Part shown: positions 41,581-51,534 of the stretch, piece after piece
Layout: each line of letters opens with the position of its first letter
How positions within the stretch are numbered: the stretch's first letter is position 1
From: Flavobacteriales bacterium
GTDB taxonomy: Bacteria > Bacteroidota > Bacteroidia > Flavobacteriales_F > PHOS-HE28
NCBI GenBank assembly: GCA_016713875.1
Contig: JADJOI010000003.1
Location: forward strand, 3,576,069 to 3,640,068
Length of the DNA stretch: 64,000 bases
Direction of reading: 5' to 3'
Position numbers and translations under genes: made by a program
Notes under the pieces: model-generated
The model's database searches: none
What the model was told of the DNA's origin: nothing
What the model saw: the letters and a program-made list of their open reading frames with translations, nothing else

Positions 41581-42057
41581 ATGGAGGTCACGGTACGTCA
41601 GGCCGAGGAGCGCGATGTGCCGCGCATGTTCGAGCTGGTGAACGAACTCGCGGTCTTTGAACGGGCCCCGGATGAGGTCACGGTCACCTTGGAGCATATG
41701 CTCGACGCCGGGTTCGGCTCCGATCCGGTCTGGGTGGGCTGGGTGGCCGAGGTCGGCGGGGTGATCCAAGGGATGGCGGTCTGTTACGTGCGCTATTCGA
41801 CCTGGAAAGGGCGACGGCTCTATCTGGAGGACATCGTGGTCACGGAGTCGGCGAGAGGTCGGCGTATCGGCGAGAAGCTCTTCTTGGCCTGTGCACGCTA
41901 TGCCGTGGAGAAGAACCATAGCGGCATGCTCTGGCAGGTGCTCGATTGGAATGAGGATGCCCATCGGTTCTACGGCCGGTTCGGGGCCCGCTATTCGAAG
42001 GAGTGGTGGAACGGTTCGTTGGAACTGGACCAATTGAAGAACTTGGCCGCCCGATGA
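41581..42057 (+). CDS. GNAT family N-acetyltransferase
   Basis: ...[52 protein letters not shown]. Confidence 0.75.
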   Translation: MEVTVRQAEERDVPRMFELVNELAVFERAPDEVTVTLEHMLDAGFGSDPVWVGWVAEVGGVIQGMAVCYVRYSTWKGRRLYLEDIVVTESARGRRIGEKLFLACARYAVEKNHSGMLWQVLDWNEDAHRFYGRFGARYSKEWWNGSLELDQLKNLAAR

Positions 42058-43313
42058 AGGTCTTCAAGTTCGGCGGGGCCAGCGTGAAGGACGCGGCCGG
42101 TGTGCGCAACCTGGCGGGCGTGCTGTCCCATTTCCTCCAGGATGACCTGCTCATCGTGGTGAGCGCCATGGGCAAGACCACCAACGCGCTGGAGGAGGTG
42201 GTGTGGGTGTACGGCGAGGGGCGGGACACGCGCCCGATGGTGGAGAAGCTCCGCGCCGCGCACACCGCGGTGCTGGCCGATGTGGCGCCCGGCGACGAAG
42301 CCGCGCAGGCCGCCCTGAACGGCTCGTTCCGCGAGCTGCAGCGCACCCTGGGCCAGCGCTCCAGCGGCCGGGCGGACGAGGACTACGACCAGATGGTGTC
42401 CCTCGGCGAGGTGTGGAGCACGCTGGTGGTGAGCGCTCACCTGAAGCACGCCGGCATCGCCAACACCTGGTTCGACGCGCGGACGGTAGTGCGCACCGAT
42501 GGGCGATATCGAGCGGCGAAGGTGGAGTGGCAGGCCTGCGAGAACCTGGCGACGCGATACCTGAAGCCGCTGTTCGCCGGCCAGCCGGGGCGCGTCCTCA
42601 CGCAGGGCTTCATCGGCCGCACGGCGGAAGGGCGCACCACCACCCTGGGCCGCGAGGGCTCCGACTTCAGCGCCGCCATCTTCGCCTACCTGCTCGATGC
42701 GGAGAGCGTCACCATCTGGAAGGACGTGCCCGGCATGTTCAACGCCGACCCGAAGCGGTTCGCGGACACGAAACTGCTGAGCCACATCAGCTACCGCGAG
42801 GCCATCGAGCTCAGCTACTTCGGCGCCAGCGTGATCCACCCGCGCACGCTGCAGCCCCTCCAGCAGAAGCACATCCCGCTCTACGTCCGTTCCTTCATCG
42901 ACCTCGACGCGCCAGGCAGCACCATCGACGACCGCAGCGAGAACGACTCGCTGATCCCCGCGTTCATCGTGAAGCCCGGGCAGCTGCTGATCAGCATCAC
43001 CCCGCGGGACCTGAGCTTCATCGTGGAGGAGAACCTCAGCGGCATCTTCTGGCTCTTCGCCCAGCGCAACGTGCGCATCGACCTGATGCAGAACAGCGCG
43101 CTGGCCTTCAGCGTGGTGGTGGACGACACGCCGCGCGCGCAGGAACTGATCGCCGAACTGCGCAAGGGCTACGAGGTGCGCTACAACTCCGGCTGCGAAC
43201 TGGTGACCGTGCGCCACTACGATGAGCCGACGCTGGCCGCGCTCACCACGGGCAGGGAGGTGCTGCTGGAGCAGCGCAGCCGCACCACGGCCCGCTTCGT
43301 CCTTCGGTCCTGA
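42054..43313 (+). CDS. aspartate kinase
   Basis: [20 protein letters not shown]...VVSAMGKTTN..., C-terminal ACT domains. 4-bp overlap with the GNAT gene. Confidence 0.85.
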   Translation: MKVFKFGGASVKDAAGVRNLAGVLSHFLQDDLLIVVSAMGKTTNALEEVVWVYGEGRDTRPMVEKLRAAHTAVLADVAPGDEAAQAALNGSFRELQRTLGQRSSGRADEDYDQMVSLGEVWSTLVVSAHLKHAGIANTWFDARTVVRTDGRYRAAKVEWQACENLATRYLKPLFAGQPGRVLTQGFIGRTAEGRTTTLGREGSDFSAAIFAYLLDAESVTIWKDVPGMFNADPKRFADTKLLSHISYREAIELSYFGASVIHPRTLQPLQQKHIPLYVRSFIDLDAPGSTIDDRSENDSLIPAFIVKPGQLLISITPRDLSFIVEENLSGIFWLFAQRNVRIDLMQNSALAFSVVVDDTPRAQELIAELRKGYEVRYNSGCELVTVRHYDEPTLAALTTGREVLLEQRSRTTARFVLRS

Positions 43314-44210
43314 TCACTCGCCCTCCTCCAGGATCCGCAGCACGCGGTCGGGGAAGTCGCTGATGATGCCGTCCACCCCGAGGGCGGTCATCCTGCGGAG
43401 GTCGGCCTCCTCGTTCACGGTCCACACCACCACCTCGATGTTGCGTTCCTGCAGCGACCGCACGGCAGCGGCGTCCACCAGCCCGAACTGGGGGCTGTAC
43501 ACCTCCGGGACATAGCTCAGCCGCGCAAGCTCCGTGTCGGGGTCGGTGCCGGACTCCACCAGCAAGGCGGTGCGCAGGCCCGGGTCCTGGGCGTGCACGG
43601 CCTCCAGCACGGCGGGGTCGAAGCTCTGCACCAGGCAGTTGGCGCCGAGCTGCAGGTCGGTGAGGGTGCGCAGCACGGCGGCGGCCAGGGTGTCCGGTGC
43701 GGGTTGGTAGGTGCCGTACCAGGCCGGGTCGCTCTTGATCTCGATGTTGTAGGAGACGGGCCCCACGCCTTCGGTGAGCGTGAGCTCCTCGATGGCGGCC
43801 ACCACCTCGGCCAGCGTCGGCTTGATGGCGCGGCGGTTGTCCTGGTCGGGGAAGTCCGGATGCGTGAGCGAACCGCAGTCGCAGCGCTGGGCTTCCGCAA
43901 GGGTCATGCGATGGATGTTGAGGGCCAGTCCCTGATCCTCGGTGAGCGGAGCGCCGTCGGGACCGGTGCAGATGCGGTGGTCCATCCAGGGCTCGTGGCT
44001 CACGAGCACGTGCCCGTCGGCCGTGAGCACCACGTCCAGCTCGAGCCAGGTGCAGCCCAGGCGGGCGGCGCGTTGGAAGGCGGCGATGGTGTTCTCGGGC
44101 TCCAGGCCCCGGCAGCCGCGGTGGCCGTGCACTTCGGGTGGTTCTGGAGCGGAGGTCATGCAGGCGGACAGCAGGAGGGTGAGCGCGGGCAGGGCCCTAG
44201 GGTTGGGCAT
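43314..44210 (-). CDS. glycerophosphodiester phosphodiesterase family lipoprotein
   Basis: HGHRGCRGLEPENTIAAFQRAARLGCTWLELDVVLTADGHVLVSHE (GDPD catalytic motif). Confidence 0.8.
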   Translation of the reverse strand: MPNPRALPALTLLLSACMTSAPEPPEVHGHRGCRGLEPENTIAAFQRAARLGCTWLELDVVLTADGHVLVSHEPWMDHRICTGPDGAPLTEDQGLALNIHRMTLAEAQRCDCGSLTHPDFPDQDNRRAIKPTLAEVVAAIEELTLTEGVGPVSYNIEIKSDPAWYGTYQPAPDTLAAAVLRTLTDLQLGANCLVQSFDPAVLEAVHAQDPGLRTALLVESGTDPDTELARLSYVPEVYSPQFGLVDAAAVRSLQERNIEVVVWTVNEEADLRRMTALGVDGIISDFPDRVLRILEEGE

Positions 44211-45132
44211 GGGGGAAGCGGGTGAGGATCTTGTCGGCGAGCACGGCGGCCATCTTGAAGCGGCCTTCGTGGGTGACCCCGGCGATGTGAGGGGTGAGGA
44301 TCACGCGGTCGTGGCGCAGCAGGTGCTCGAGCACCGACGCCTCGGGGCCGGGGTCGAGGCCGGAGAGGTCGGCGCGCTCGAACTCGAGCACGTCGAGGCC
44401 GGCGGCGAGGACCCGGCCGCTGTCCAGCGCATCCAGGAGAGCGGCGGTGTGCAGCACGGGCCCTCGGCTGGTGTTCACCAGGCGGATGGGGCGCGCGAAA
44501 CCCGCGAGGAACGAGGCGTTCGCGTAGTGGTGCGTTTCCGCGGTCAGCGGAAGGTGCAGGCTCACGATGTCGCTCTCGCGATGCAGGGTGGCCAGGTCGC
44601 ACTCCTCGACATGCGGAGGGGTGTGGCCATCGCGGTACTTGTCGTGGCCCAGCACGCGCACCCCGAAGCCCTGCAGGCGATCGGCGAAGGCGAGGCCCAT
44701 GTGGCCCAGGCCGATGATGCCCACCGTGAGGCCGTGGAGGTCGGTGCCGCGGTTCTCCTCGCGGCGCCACTGGCCGGTGTGCACCTGGCGGTCCGCACGG
44801 GGCAGATGCTTCAGCAGCGCCAGCACCAGCAGCAGGGTGTGCTCGGCGACGCCATCGCGATTGCCTTCGGGCGAGTTGATCACCTCCACGCCGCGTGCGG
44901 CGCAGACGGCCGTGTCGATGTTCTCCAGGCCGGAGCCCACACGGGCCACGAAACGCAGGGCGGGGACGCGGTCCAGCACGTCCCGGCCCACGCTCTTGCT
45001 GCGCACCACCAGGCCGGCGCACCGCTCCAGGTCCGCGGCCTCGGGATGGTCGTGCGCGATGCAGGTGTGGCCGGCGGCGGTGAGCCGCTCGGCGAGCACG
45101 GGATGGACCTCGTCCAGGAAGTGGACCCGCAT
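44197..45132 (-). CDS. D-isomer-specific 2-hydroxyacid dehydrogenase (PGDH-like)
   Basis: GIIGLGHMGLAFADRL NAD motif, RGPV...LDV, HIAGVT. Confidence 0.75.
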   Translation of the reverse strand: MRVHFLDEVHPVLAERLTAAGHTCIAHDHPEAADLERCAGLVVRSKSVGRDVLDRVPALRFVARVGSGLENIDTAVCAARGVEVINSPEGNRDGVAEHTLLLVLALLKHLPRADRQVHTGQWRREENRGTDLHGLTVGIIGLGHMGLAFADRLQGFGVRVLGHDKYRDGHTPPHVEECDLATLHRESDIVSLHLPLTAETHHYANASFLAGFARPIRLVNTSRGPVLHTAALLDALDSGRVLAAGLDVLEFERADLSGLDPGPEASVLEHLLRHDRVILTPHIAGVTHEGRFKMAAVLADKILTRFPHAQP

Positions 45133-45134
45133 GG

Positions 45135-46502
45135 TCAGTGGAAGAGGTCGTACATGACGTGGCCCACGGAGAAGTAGGTGAGCAGGCCGAAGATGTCGTT
45201 GAGCGTGGTGACGAAGGGCCCGGTGGCCAGGGCGGGGTCCACCTTGATGCGGTCGAGCACCAGGGGGATGAGGGTGCCGAAGAGGGCGGCGGTGAGGATC
45301 ACCGTGCAGAGGGCGATGCTGACGGTGTAGCTGAGGGCCTGGCTTTGGCGGAGGGCGAGGTTGACGGCGAAGATGAGGGTGCCACAGATGACGGCGGTGA
45401 GCACGGCCACCCGTAGCTCCTTCCACAGGCGGGCCCCTACGCGCATGTTCTGCAGGGTACCGGCGGCGAGGCCCTGCACCACGATGGCGCTGGACTGTAC
45501 GCCCACGTTGCCCGCAGTGGCGGCGATGAGCGGCATGAAGAAGGCCATCTTCGGGTCGATGCGGAGCTCTTCCTCGTAGAGGCCGATGATCTGGGAGCTG
45601 AGCACGCCGCCGGCCAGGCCGATGAGCAGCCAGGGCAGCCGCGCACGCGTCTGCACCAGCGGGCTGTCGGTGGCGTCCACGTCCTCGCTGATGCCGCTGG
45701 CGAGCTGGTAGTCCTCGGTGGCCTCCTCCTGCATCACGTCCATCACGTCGTCGAAGGTGATGCGGCCCACGAGCCGGCCGTCCTTGTCCACCACGGGCAG
45801 CACCACCACGTCGTACTTCTTCATGAGGTTCACCACCTCCTCGGCGTCGGTATCCACGCGCACATGGACGACATCGGTCTCGCAGATGTGCTTGATGAGG
45901 GTGCGCGTGCTCTCGGCCGAGAAGAGGAGCTCCTTCAACGGAAGGATGCCCACCAGGCGGTCGTCCTTGTCCACCACGTACACGGTGTAGACGTGGTCCG
46001 CCTCGCGGGCCTGCTGGCGCATCTCCACGATCGCACGGGCCACGGACGCGTCGGCGCGGACGCTCACGAGCTCCTTGGCCATCAGGGCGCCGGCGGTGCC
46101 CTCCTGGTAGCGGAGCAGTTCCTCGATGTCGTCGGCCTGCTCCGCGTCGTCCAGCAGGTCCAGCACCTCCTTGGCCTTCTCCTCGGGGAGGTCGGCCATC
46201 ACGTCGGCGGCGTCGTCCGATTCGATGTGGCCGATCACCTTGTCGGCGATCTCCTGGCTGGTGAGCCCTTCGAGCAGGCGTTCGCGCAGGTCCTCGTCGA
46301 GCTCCAGGATGGCCTCGGCGGCGGTCTCCTCCTCCAGCAGGCGCAGCACGTAGCGCGCCTCGTCGAGCGTCAGGCGGCCGAGCAGGCCCCCGATGTCGGA
46401 GGGGTGCAGCTCACTGACCACGGCCAGGATGTCCTGGTCGCGGCCCACCTCCACATCGCCCCGGATGCGGTCCAGAAGGCCTTTGGTGAGCTCGAACGAC
46501 AT
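45135..46502 (-). CDS. mgtE: magnesium transporter MgtE
   Basis: N-terminal MgtE_N, tandem CBS, and TM region with the PLIAATAGNVGVQSSAI motif. Confidence 0.9.
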   Translation of the reverse strand: MSFELTKGLLDRIRGDVEVGRDQDILAVVSELHPSDIGGLLGRLTLDEARYVLRLLEEETAAEAILELDEDLRERLLEGLTSQEIADKVIGHIESDDAADVMADLPEEKAKEVLDLLDDAEQADDIEELLRYQEGTAGALMAKELVSVRADASVARAIVEMRQQAREADHVYTVYVVDKDDRLVGILPLKELLFSAESTRTLIKHICETDVVHVRVDTDAEEVVNLMKKYDVVVLPVVDKDGRLVGRITFDDVMDVMQEEATEDYQLASGISEDVDATDSPLVQTRARLPWLLIGLAGGVLSSQIIGLYEEELRIDPKMAFFMPLIAATAGNVGVQSSAIVVQGLAAGTLQNMRVGARLWKELRVAVLTAVICGTLIFAVNLALRQSQALSYTVSIALCTVILTAALFGTLIPLVLDRIKVDPALATGPFVTTLNDIFGLLTYFSVGHVMYDLFH

Positions 46503-46566
46503 GCCGGCGGGTGGTCCATGGAGGCCCCTGAAGCGGGGCGTTCAAAGCTACGAAGGGGCGGGCGGC

Positions 46567-47340
46567 TCACACGGTGGCGGGGCCGGCGGCGGCGGCGAGC
46601 GCCACGAAGGCGTCCACCGGCAGCTGTTCGGCGCGGCGCGGGGCGAGGTCCGCGGGCAGGCCGCCTTCCAGCCCGGGGAAGTGGCGCAGGGCGTTGGCCA
46701 GGGTCTTGCGCCGCTGGTTGAAGGCGGCTTTCACCAGGCGGTGGAAAATGCCCTCGTCGCAGGCGAGCCGTGCGGTGGCGTTGCGCCGCAGGCGGATCAC
46801 CGAGCTGCGCACCTTGGGCGGCGGGATGAAAGAGCCGGGCTCCACGTGGAAGAGGAGCTCCACATCGTAGTACGCCTGCGCCAGCACGCTGGTGATGCCA
46901 TACACTTTGCTGCCATGCCCGGCGCGGATGCGGTCGGCCACCTCCTTCTGGAACATGCCCACCACCTCGGTGCAGCGGTCGCGGTGCTCCAGCACCTTGA
47001 AGATGATCTGTGTGCTGATGTTGTAGGGGAAGTTGCCAATGACGGCGAAAGGGCCGTCGCCCAGCGCGTTCAGGTCGAGCCGCAGGAAGTCGCCCTCGAT
47101 GAGCCGCAGCTCCGGATGGTGCGCACGGAGGTGGGCCAGGCTCTCGGTGTCCACCTCGATGCAGACGAGGTCGATGTCCGTGCGAGGGATCAGGTGCCTG
47201 GTGAGCGCTCCGGTGCCGGGCCCCACCTCCAGCACCCGGCGGTAGCCGCCGTGGTGGGTGAGGGCGTCGGCGATGCGCGCGGCGATGGCGTCCTCCTTCA
47301 GGAAGTGCTGGCCCAGGTGCTTCTTGGGGCGGACGTGCAT
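46567..47340 (-). CDS. rsmA: 16S rRNA (adenine1518/1519-N6)-dimethyltransferase RsmA/KsgA
   Basis: KKHLGQHFLKEDAIAARIADAL...VLEVGPGTGALT...VIGNFPYNISTQII. Confidence 0.9.
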   Translation of the reverse strand: MHVRPKKHLGQHFLKEDAIAARIADALTHHGGYRRVLEVGPGTGALTRHLIPRTDIDLVCIEVDTESLAHLRAHHPELRLIEGDFLRLDLNALGDGPFAVIGNFPYNISTQIIFKVLEHRDRCTEVVGMFQKEVADRIRAGHGSKVYGITSVLAQAYYDVELLFHVEPGSFIPPPKVRSSVIRLRRNATARLACDEGIFHRLVKAAFNQRRKTLANALRHFPGLEGGLPADLAPRRAEQLPVDAFVALAAAAGPATV

Positions 47341-47356
47341 GGGGCGGTGGCGCGGA

Positions 47357-47665
47357 TCACGCGGTGTGCAGCACCTGCAGCAGGGTGCGGAAAGCGGCGA
47401 AGCGGCCTCCGTAGCGCTTCTGCGTTTCGGCCTGCAGGCGCGGGGCGTGCTCGTCGCGGTACCGCTCGTAGGTGGCCATGTCGGCGCAGGTGTACTGCAC
47501 GGCATAGGTGAGGCCGCCGTTCTCCTCGGCCAGCACACGCAGGATCCGGCTGTCGAGGAAGAGGCCGGTGGCCATCACCTCGGGCACATGCACGCTGTGC
47601 ATCCACCGCAGCCAGTCCTCGGCCACGTCGGCATCGACGTTGACGGTGACGTTGTAGATGATCAT
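47357..47665 (-). CDS. DUF4286 family protein
   Basis: MIIYNVTVNVDADVAEDWLRWMHSVHVPEVMATGLF... is a DUF4286 pattern. Confidence 0.55.
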   Translation of the reverse strand: MIIYNVTVNVDADVAEDWLRWMHSVHVPEVMATGLFLDSRILRVLAEENGGLTYAVQYTCADMATYERYRDEHAPRLQAETQKRYGGRFAAFRTLLQVLHTA

Positions 47666-49521
47666 TGGGGCGGGGTGGTGCCGCCGTCGGCCGGATCGGT
47701 GTCCGGGGCATCGCCGCGCAACCGGCGGAACCGGGCGCGGGCCTCGGGCACGAAGATGCTGCCGGGCTGCTCGAACAGGAGCTTCTCGTAATACTGTCTG
47801 GCCTTCTCGGGGTCCTTCAGCTGGTCCTCATGCAGGCGGCCCAGTTCGAAGAGGGCGTTGTCCACCAGGATGGCGAGCGGGTGTTCGGCCACGATCCGTT
47901 CAAGATAGGAGGCGGCCTCGGCGTGCGCCTTGCGGTCGCGGGCGATGCGGTGGCGCAGGAACAGCACGTCGTCCGCGATGCCGTCCATGGGAAAGGCCCG
48001 GTCGAGGGTGTCGAGCACGGCGATGGCTTCGGGGTAGCGGCGCTGGAAGGTGAGCAGGTCCGCCTGGGCGTAAAGGGCGAGCGGCGTGCTGTTGCTGTCC
48101 GCGCCGATGTGGTCGCTGATCAGCAGGCTCAGCTCCATGGCGTCGTTGGCGATGAGCTTCGAGGTGGAGGCCTTGAGCACATCGAGCTGGCCCTTGGCCC
48201 ACAGGAAGTCGCCGGCGTAGAAGCTCACCTTGGCGTTGCGCAGGCGGGCCTCGTGGCCGAGGGGGTCGTACTTGAAGTCGAGGTCCACCTGGCTGTAGAG
48301 CAGCGAGGCCTCCCAGATGTCGCCATCGAAGAGGTGCACATCGGCCAGGGCGAGCTTGATGCGTCCGCGGGTGGCGGCATCGATGTCGGGCAGGTCCAGG
48401 GCCTGATCCAGCAGGGCGGAGGCGGCGGCGCGGTCGTTGAGGTAGTAGGCCTGCACCCGGGCGAGGTCCTCCATCAGGTCCACGGTGCTCTTGTTGCGGC
48501 CCAGCTCATCGAGGGTGACCTCGTAGCGGGTGCGCAGGGCCGCGAGGTCGGCGGCGGGGGGCTCGGCCATCGTGGTGAGGCGGGCCATTTCGGTGCGCAC
48601 CTGGCCCATGCGGGCCTTGGCGTACAGGCCATCGCGTCGGCCCAGGCCCACCACATGGTCATAGCACTTCATGGCGGTGGCGTGCTCGCCGTTGCTCAGG
48701 GCGATCTCCGCCAGGTCCATCAGCCGCGTGCCGCCCTCGTCGAAGCGCTTGTCCAGTGCCTTGCATTGCACGAAGGCGCCGTCCAGGTCCTTTTGTTGGA
48801 TGTACATCCAGATGAGCAGCTCCTGGTGGATGGAGCGTTCGGGGTTGCGCTGGATGCGCCGCAGCAGTTCGGTGCGGAGGGCCTCGGTGGCGGCATCGCG
48901 GCGGGTGAAGTCGATGGCGCGGGAAAGGCCGTTCTGCACCGCCTGGATGTAGCCCTCGTTCACCGCGAGCAGGTCCAGGTAGGCGCTGGTCATGGCGGGC
49001 ACATCGCCCTTCAGGGCGTACAGGTTGGCGATCTCGAACTGGAAGCCGGGGCCGTCCTTCAACAGGCGCTGCCCGCGCTGGTAAGCCTCCAGGGCCAGGT
49101 CGTGCTCGTTGTGCCGGGTGAAGGCGTTGGCCACCTGGCGGATGCTGTTCTGTTCGGGGCGCATGCCGCGCAGCACCTTCTCGAACTGTTGCCGGGCCTT
49201 GTCCTCCTCGCCGGCCAGGCGCAGCACCATGCCCAGGTCCACCGCGTAGCGCGGGTCGCTGTCGCGCTTCATCTGTTCGCGGGCCAGTTTCTCGGCACGC
49301 GGCAGGTCCTTCAGGGCCACATAGCTCTTGTAGAGCTGCTCGTAGTAGAAGGGCGTGGGCTGCTTGCGGTAGAGGCGTTCGTAGTAGAGGATGGCCTTCT
49401 CGTGGTCGCCGGACTGGAAGTACTGGGCGGCCAGCTGCTCGTCGGTCCCGTCCTGGGCCTGCGCGGACGCCGCCGCCGCAGTGAGCAGCAGCGCGAACAG
49501 GATGGGCCGCGGCAGCTTCAT
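47662..49521 (-). CDS. tetratricopeptide repeat protein (secreted)
   Basis: Signal peptide MKLPRPILFALLLTAAAASAQA. Multiple TPR-like helical repeats. The upstream 160 aa of the track ORF are rejected. Confidence 0.65.
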   Translation of the reverse strand: MKLPRPILFALLLTAAAASAQAQDGTDEQLAAQYFQSGDHEKAILYYERLYRKQPTPFYYEQLYKSYVALKDLPRAEKLAREQMKRDSDPRYAVDLGMVLRLAGEEDKARQQFEKVLRGMRPEQNSIRQVANAFTRHNEHDLALEAYQRGQRLLKDGPGFQFEIANLYALKGDVPAMTSAYLDLLAVNEGYIQAVQNGLSRAIDFTRRDAATEALRTELLRRIQRNPERSIHQELLIWMYIQQKDLDGAFVQCKALDKRFDEGGTRLMDLAEIALSNGEHATAMKCYDHVVGLGRRDGLYAKARMGQVRTEMARLTTMAEPPAADLAALRTRYEVTLDELGRNKSTVDLMEDLARVQAYYLNDRAAASALLDQALDLPDIDAATRGRIKLALADVHLFDGDIWEASLLYSQVDLDFKYDPLGHEARLRNAKVSFYAGDFLWAKGQLDVLKASTSKLIANDAMELSLLISDHIGADSNSTPLALYAQADLLTFQRRYPEAIAVLDTLDRAFPMDGIADDVLFLRHRIARDRKAHAEAASYLERIVAEHPLAILVDNALFELGRLHEDQLKDPEKARQYYEKLLFEQPGSIFVPEARARFRRLRGDAPDTDPADGGTTPPQ

Positions 49522-50069
49522 GGCGTGGTGCCCGGCGGGGCCAGCAGTTCGGCGATGGCGCGGTGGTGGGCCTCCCACTCGCGCTGGCAGGTGCCCACGC
49601 TGCGGGTGACGGTGGTGGCGCTCTTCTCCAGCTGGTCCAGCATCAGGCGTTCCTGCTGCAGGTAGGTGGTGCGCGGGCCTTCCGGCAGCAGGTCGCGGCC
49701 GATGTCGTGGCGCAGGTCGGTGAGCTGGGTGCGGCTGCGGTCCAGCTCGGCGCGCAGCTCCGGCGTCTGCTTGCGCACGCGGCCCAGGGAGCGGTCCATG
49801 GCGCGGTAGTAGTTGCCGATGGGCACGGCCTGTTCCTTGGCCAGGGTGTCCTTCAGCAGCTCCTCCAGCGCGGTGCGCTGGCTGCGGAACACCGAGTCCA
49901 TGTGGTCGTAGGCGGCCAGGTCGATGGTGTCCACGAGCTGCTTCAGGCTGTCGGCGCGGCGGAGCATGGCGTCCACCTCGGCCAGCAGCTCGGGGTGGGC
50001 GTTGCGGGTGCACGCGCCCAGCGTGAGGATGAACGCGGCCAGGAGGGCGATCGGTGCGCGGCGCGTCAT
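49518..50069 (-). CDS. hypothetical lipoprotein
   Basis: Lipobox LTLGAC. Coiled-coil-like body. No family assigned. Confidence 0.4.
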   Translation of the reverse strand: MTRRAPIALLAAFILTLGACTRNAHPELLAEVDAMLRRADSLKQLVDTIDLAAYDHMDSVFRSQRTALEELLKDTLAKEQAVPIGNYYRAMDRSLGRVRKQTPELRAELDRSRTQLTDLRHDIGRDLLPEGPRTTYLQQERLMLDQLEKSATTVTRSVGTCQREWEAHHRAIAELLAPPGTTP

Positions 50070-51340
50070 CGGGTGATGCGGTCGAAGCCGGTGTAGGGCT
50101 GCAGGGCCTTGGGGATGTGGATGCCGTCGGGCGTCTGGTTGTTCTCCAGCAGGGCGGCGACGATGCGGGCCAGGGCCAGGGCGCTGCCGTTCAAGGTGTG
50201 TGCCAGGCGGGGCTTCTTGTCCTCGCCGCGGAAGCGCAGTTTCAGGCGGTTGCTCTGGAAGGTCTCGAAGTTGCTGATGCTGCTCACCTCCAGCCAGCGC
50301 TGCTGGGCGGCGCTGAACACCTCCATGTCGTAGGTGAGCGCGCTGGCGAAGCCCATGTCGCCGCCGCAGAGCAGCAGCTGGCGGAAGGGCATCTCCAGGT
50401 CGCGCAGCAGTCCTTTCACGTGCTCCACCATCTCCTCCAGCGCGGCGTAGCTGTCCTCGGGTCGCTCCACGCGCACGATCTCCACCTTGTCGAACTGGTG
50501 CACGCGGTTGAGGCCGCGCACATGGGCGCCGTAGCTGCCGGCCTCACGGCGGAAGCAGGGGGTGTAGCCCACGTTGCGGATGGGCAGCCGGTCGGCGTCC
50601 ACGATCTCGTCGCGGTACAGGTTGGTGATGGGCACCTCGGCGGTGGGGATCAGGTAGAGGTCGTCCACCGTGGCGTGGTACATCTGGCCCTCTTTGTCCG
50701 GCAGCTGGCCAGTGGCGTAGGCGCTGGCGGCGTTCACCAGGTGCGGCGGGATGATCTCGCGGTAGCCGGCGGCGGTGGCGCGGTCCAGGAAGAAGGCGAT
50801 GAGGGCACGCTGCAGCCGGGCGCCCTGGCCGCTGTACACCGGGAAGCCGGCGCCGGTGAGCTTCACGCCCAGGTCCATGTGCAGGATGCCGTACTCCTCT
50901 CCCAGTTCCCAGTGGGGCTTGGCGCCGGGGCCCAGGTCGGGGATGGCGCCTTCCTGCACCACCACCACGTTGTCCTCCGGTGTGCGCCCGGCGGGAACGC
51001 GGTCGGCGGGGGCGTTGGGCAGGGTGAGCAGGTGGTCGGTGAGGGCGCGTTCGGCGGCCTCCATCGCGGAGCGCAACGGGTCCATGCCCTCTTTAAGCGC
51101 GGTGCTGCGGGCCTTGGCGGCTTCGGCCTCGGCCTTTTGGCCGGCCTTCATCAGCTCACCGATGCTGCGGCTCAGGGTATTGATCTCGGCCTGGCGGTCG
51201 TCCACGGCCACCTGGGCGGCGCGGCGCGCCTCATCCAGTTGGCGGGCGTGCTCCAGCGCGGCGCGGGCATCGATGTGGCGTTTCGCGAGGCGACGTTCGG
51301 CCTCGTCGGCCTGGGTGCGCAGGAAGGACAGTTCGAGCAT
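50066..51340 (-). CDS. serS: serine--tRNA ligase
   Basis: MLELSFLRTQADEAERRLAKR N-terminal coiled coil. Class II motifs (FRREAGSYG, GLNRVHQFDKVE). Confidence 0.9.
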   Translation of the reverse strand: MLELSFLRTQADEAERRLAKRHIDARAALEHARQLDEARRAAQVAVDDRQAEINTLSRSIGELMKAGQKAEAEAAKARSTALKEGMDPLRSAMEAAERALTDHLLTLPNAPADRVPAGRTPEDNVVVVQEGAIPDLGPGAKPHWELGEEYGILHMDLGVKLTGAGFPVYSGQGARLQRALIAFFLDRATAAGYREIIPPHLVNAASAYATGQLPDKEGQMYHATVDDLYLIPTAEVPITNLYRDEIVDADRLPIRNVGYTPCFRREAGSYGAHVRGLNRVHQFDKVEIVRVERPEDSYAALEEMVEHVKGLLRDLEMPFRQLLLCGGDMGFASALTYDMEVFSAAQQRWLEVSSISNFETFQSNRLKLRFRGEDKKPRLAHTLNGSALALARIVAALLENNQTPDGIHIPKALQPYTGFDRITR

Positions 51341-51534
51341 GCGGGCGTGGGGCGGTGAGCGGACAAAGGTAGCGGGTGGGGTGGGGCGGGGCCATCTGAT
51401 CCCGTGCCGTGGCGACCGTGCTTTGGGGCGGATGCTGCAGAATGGAACGAGGAGCGGCCACCTTGGGCTGCGGAAGGATCCCGAACTTTCCGCTGTCCAT
51501 CTCGGCCGAGGTGAAACGCAATGTGAAGAACGGA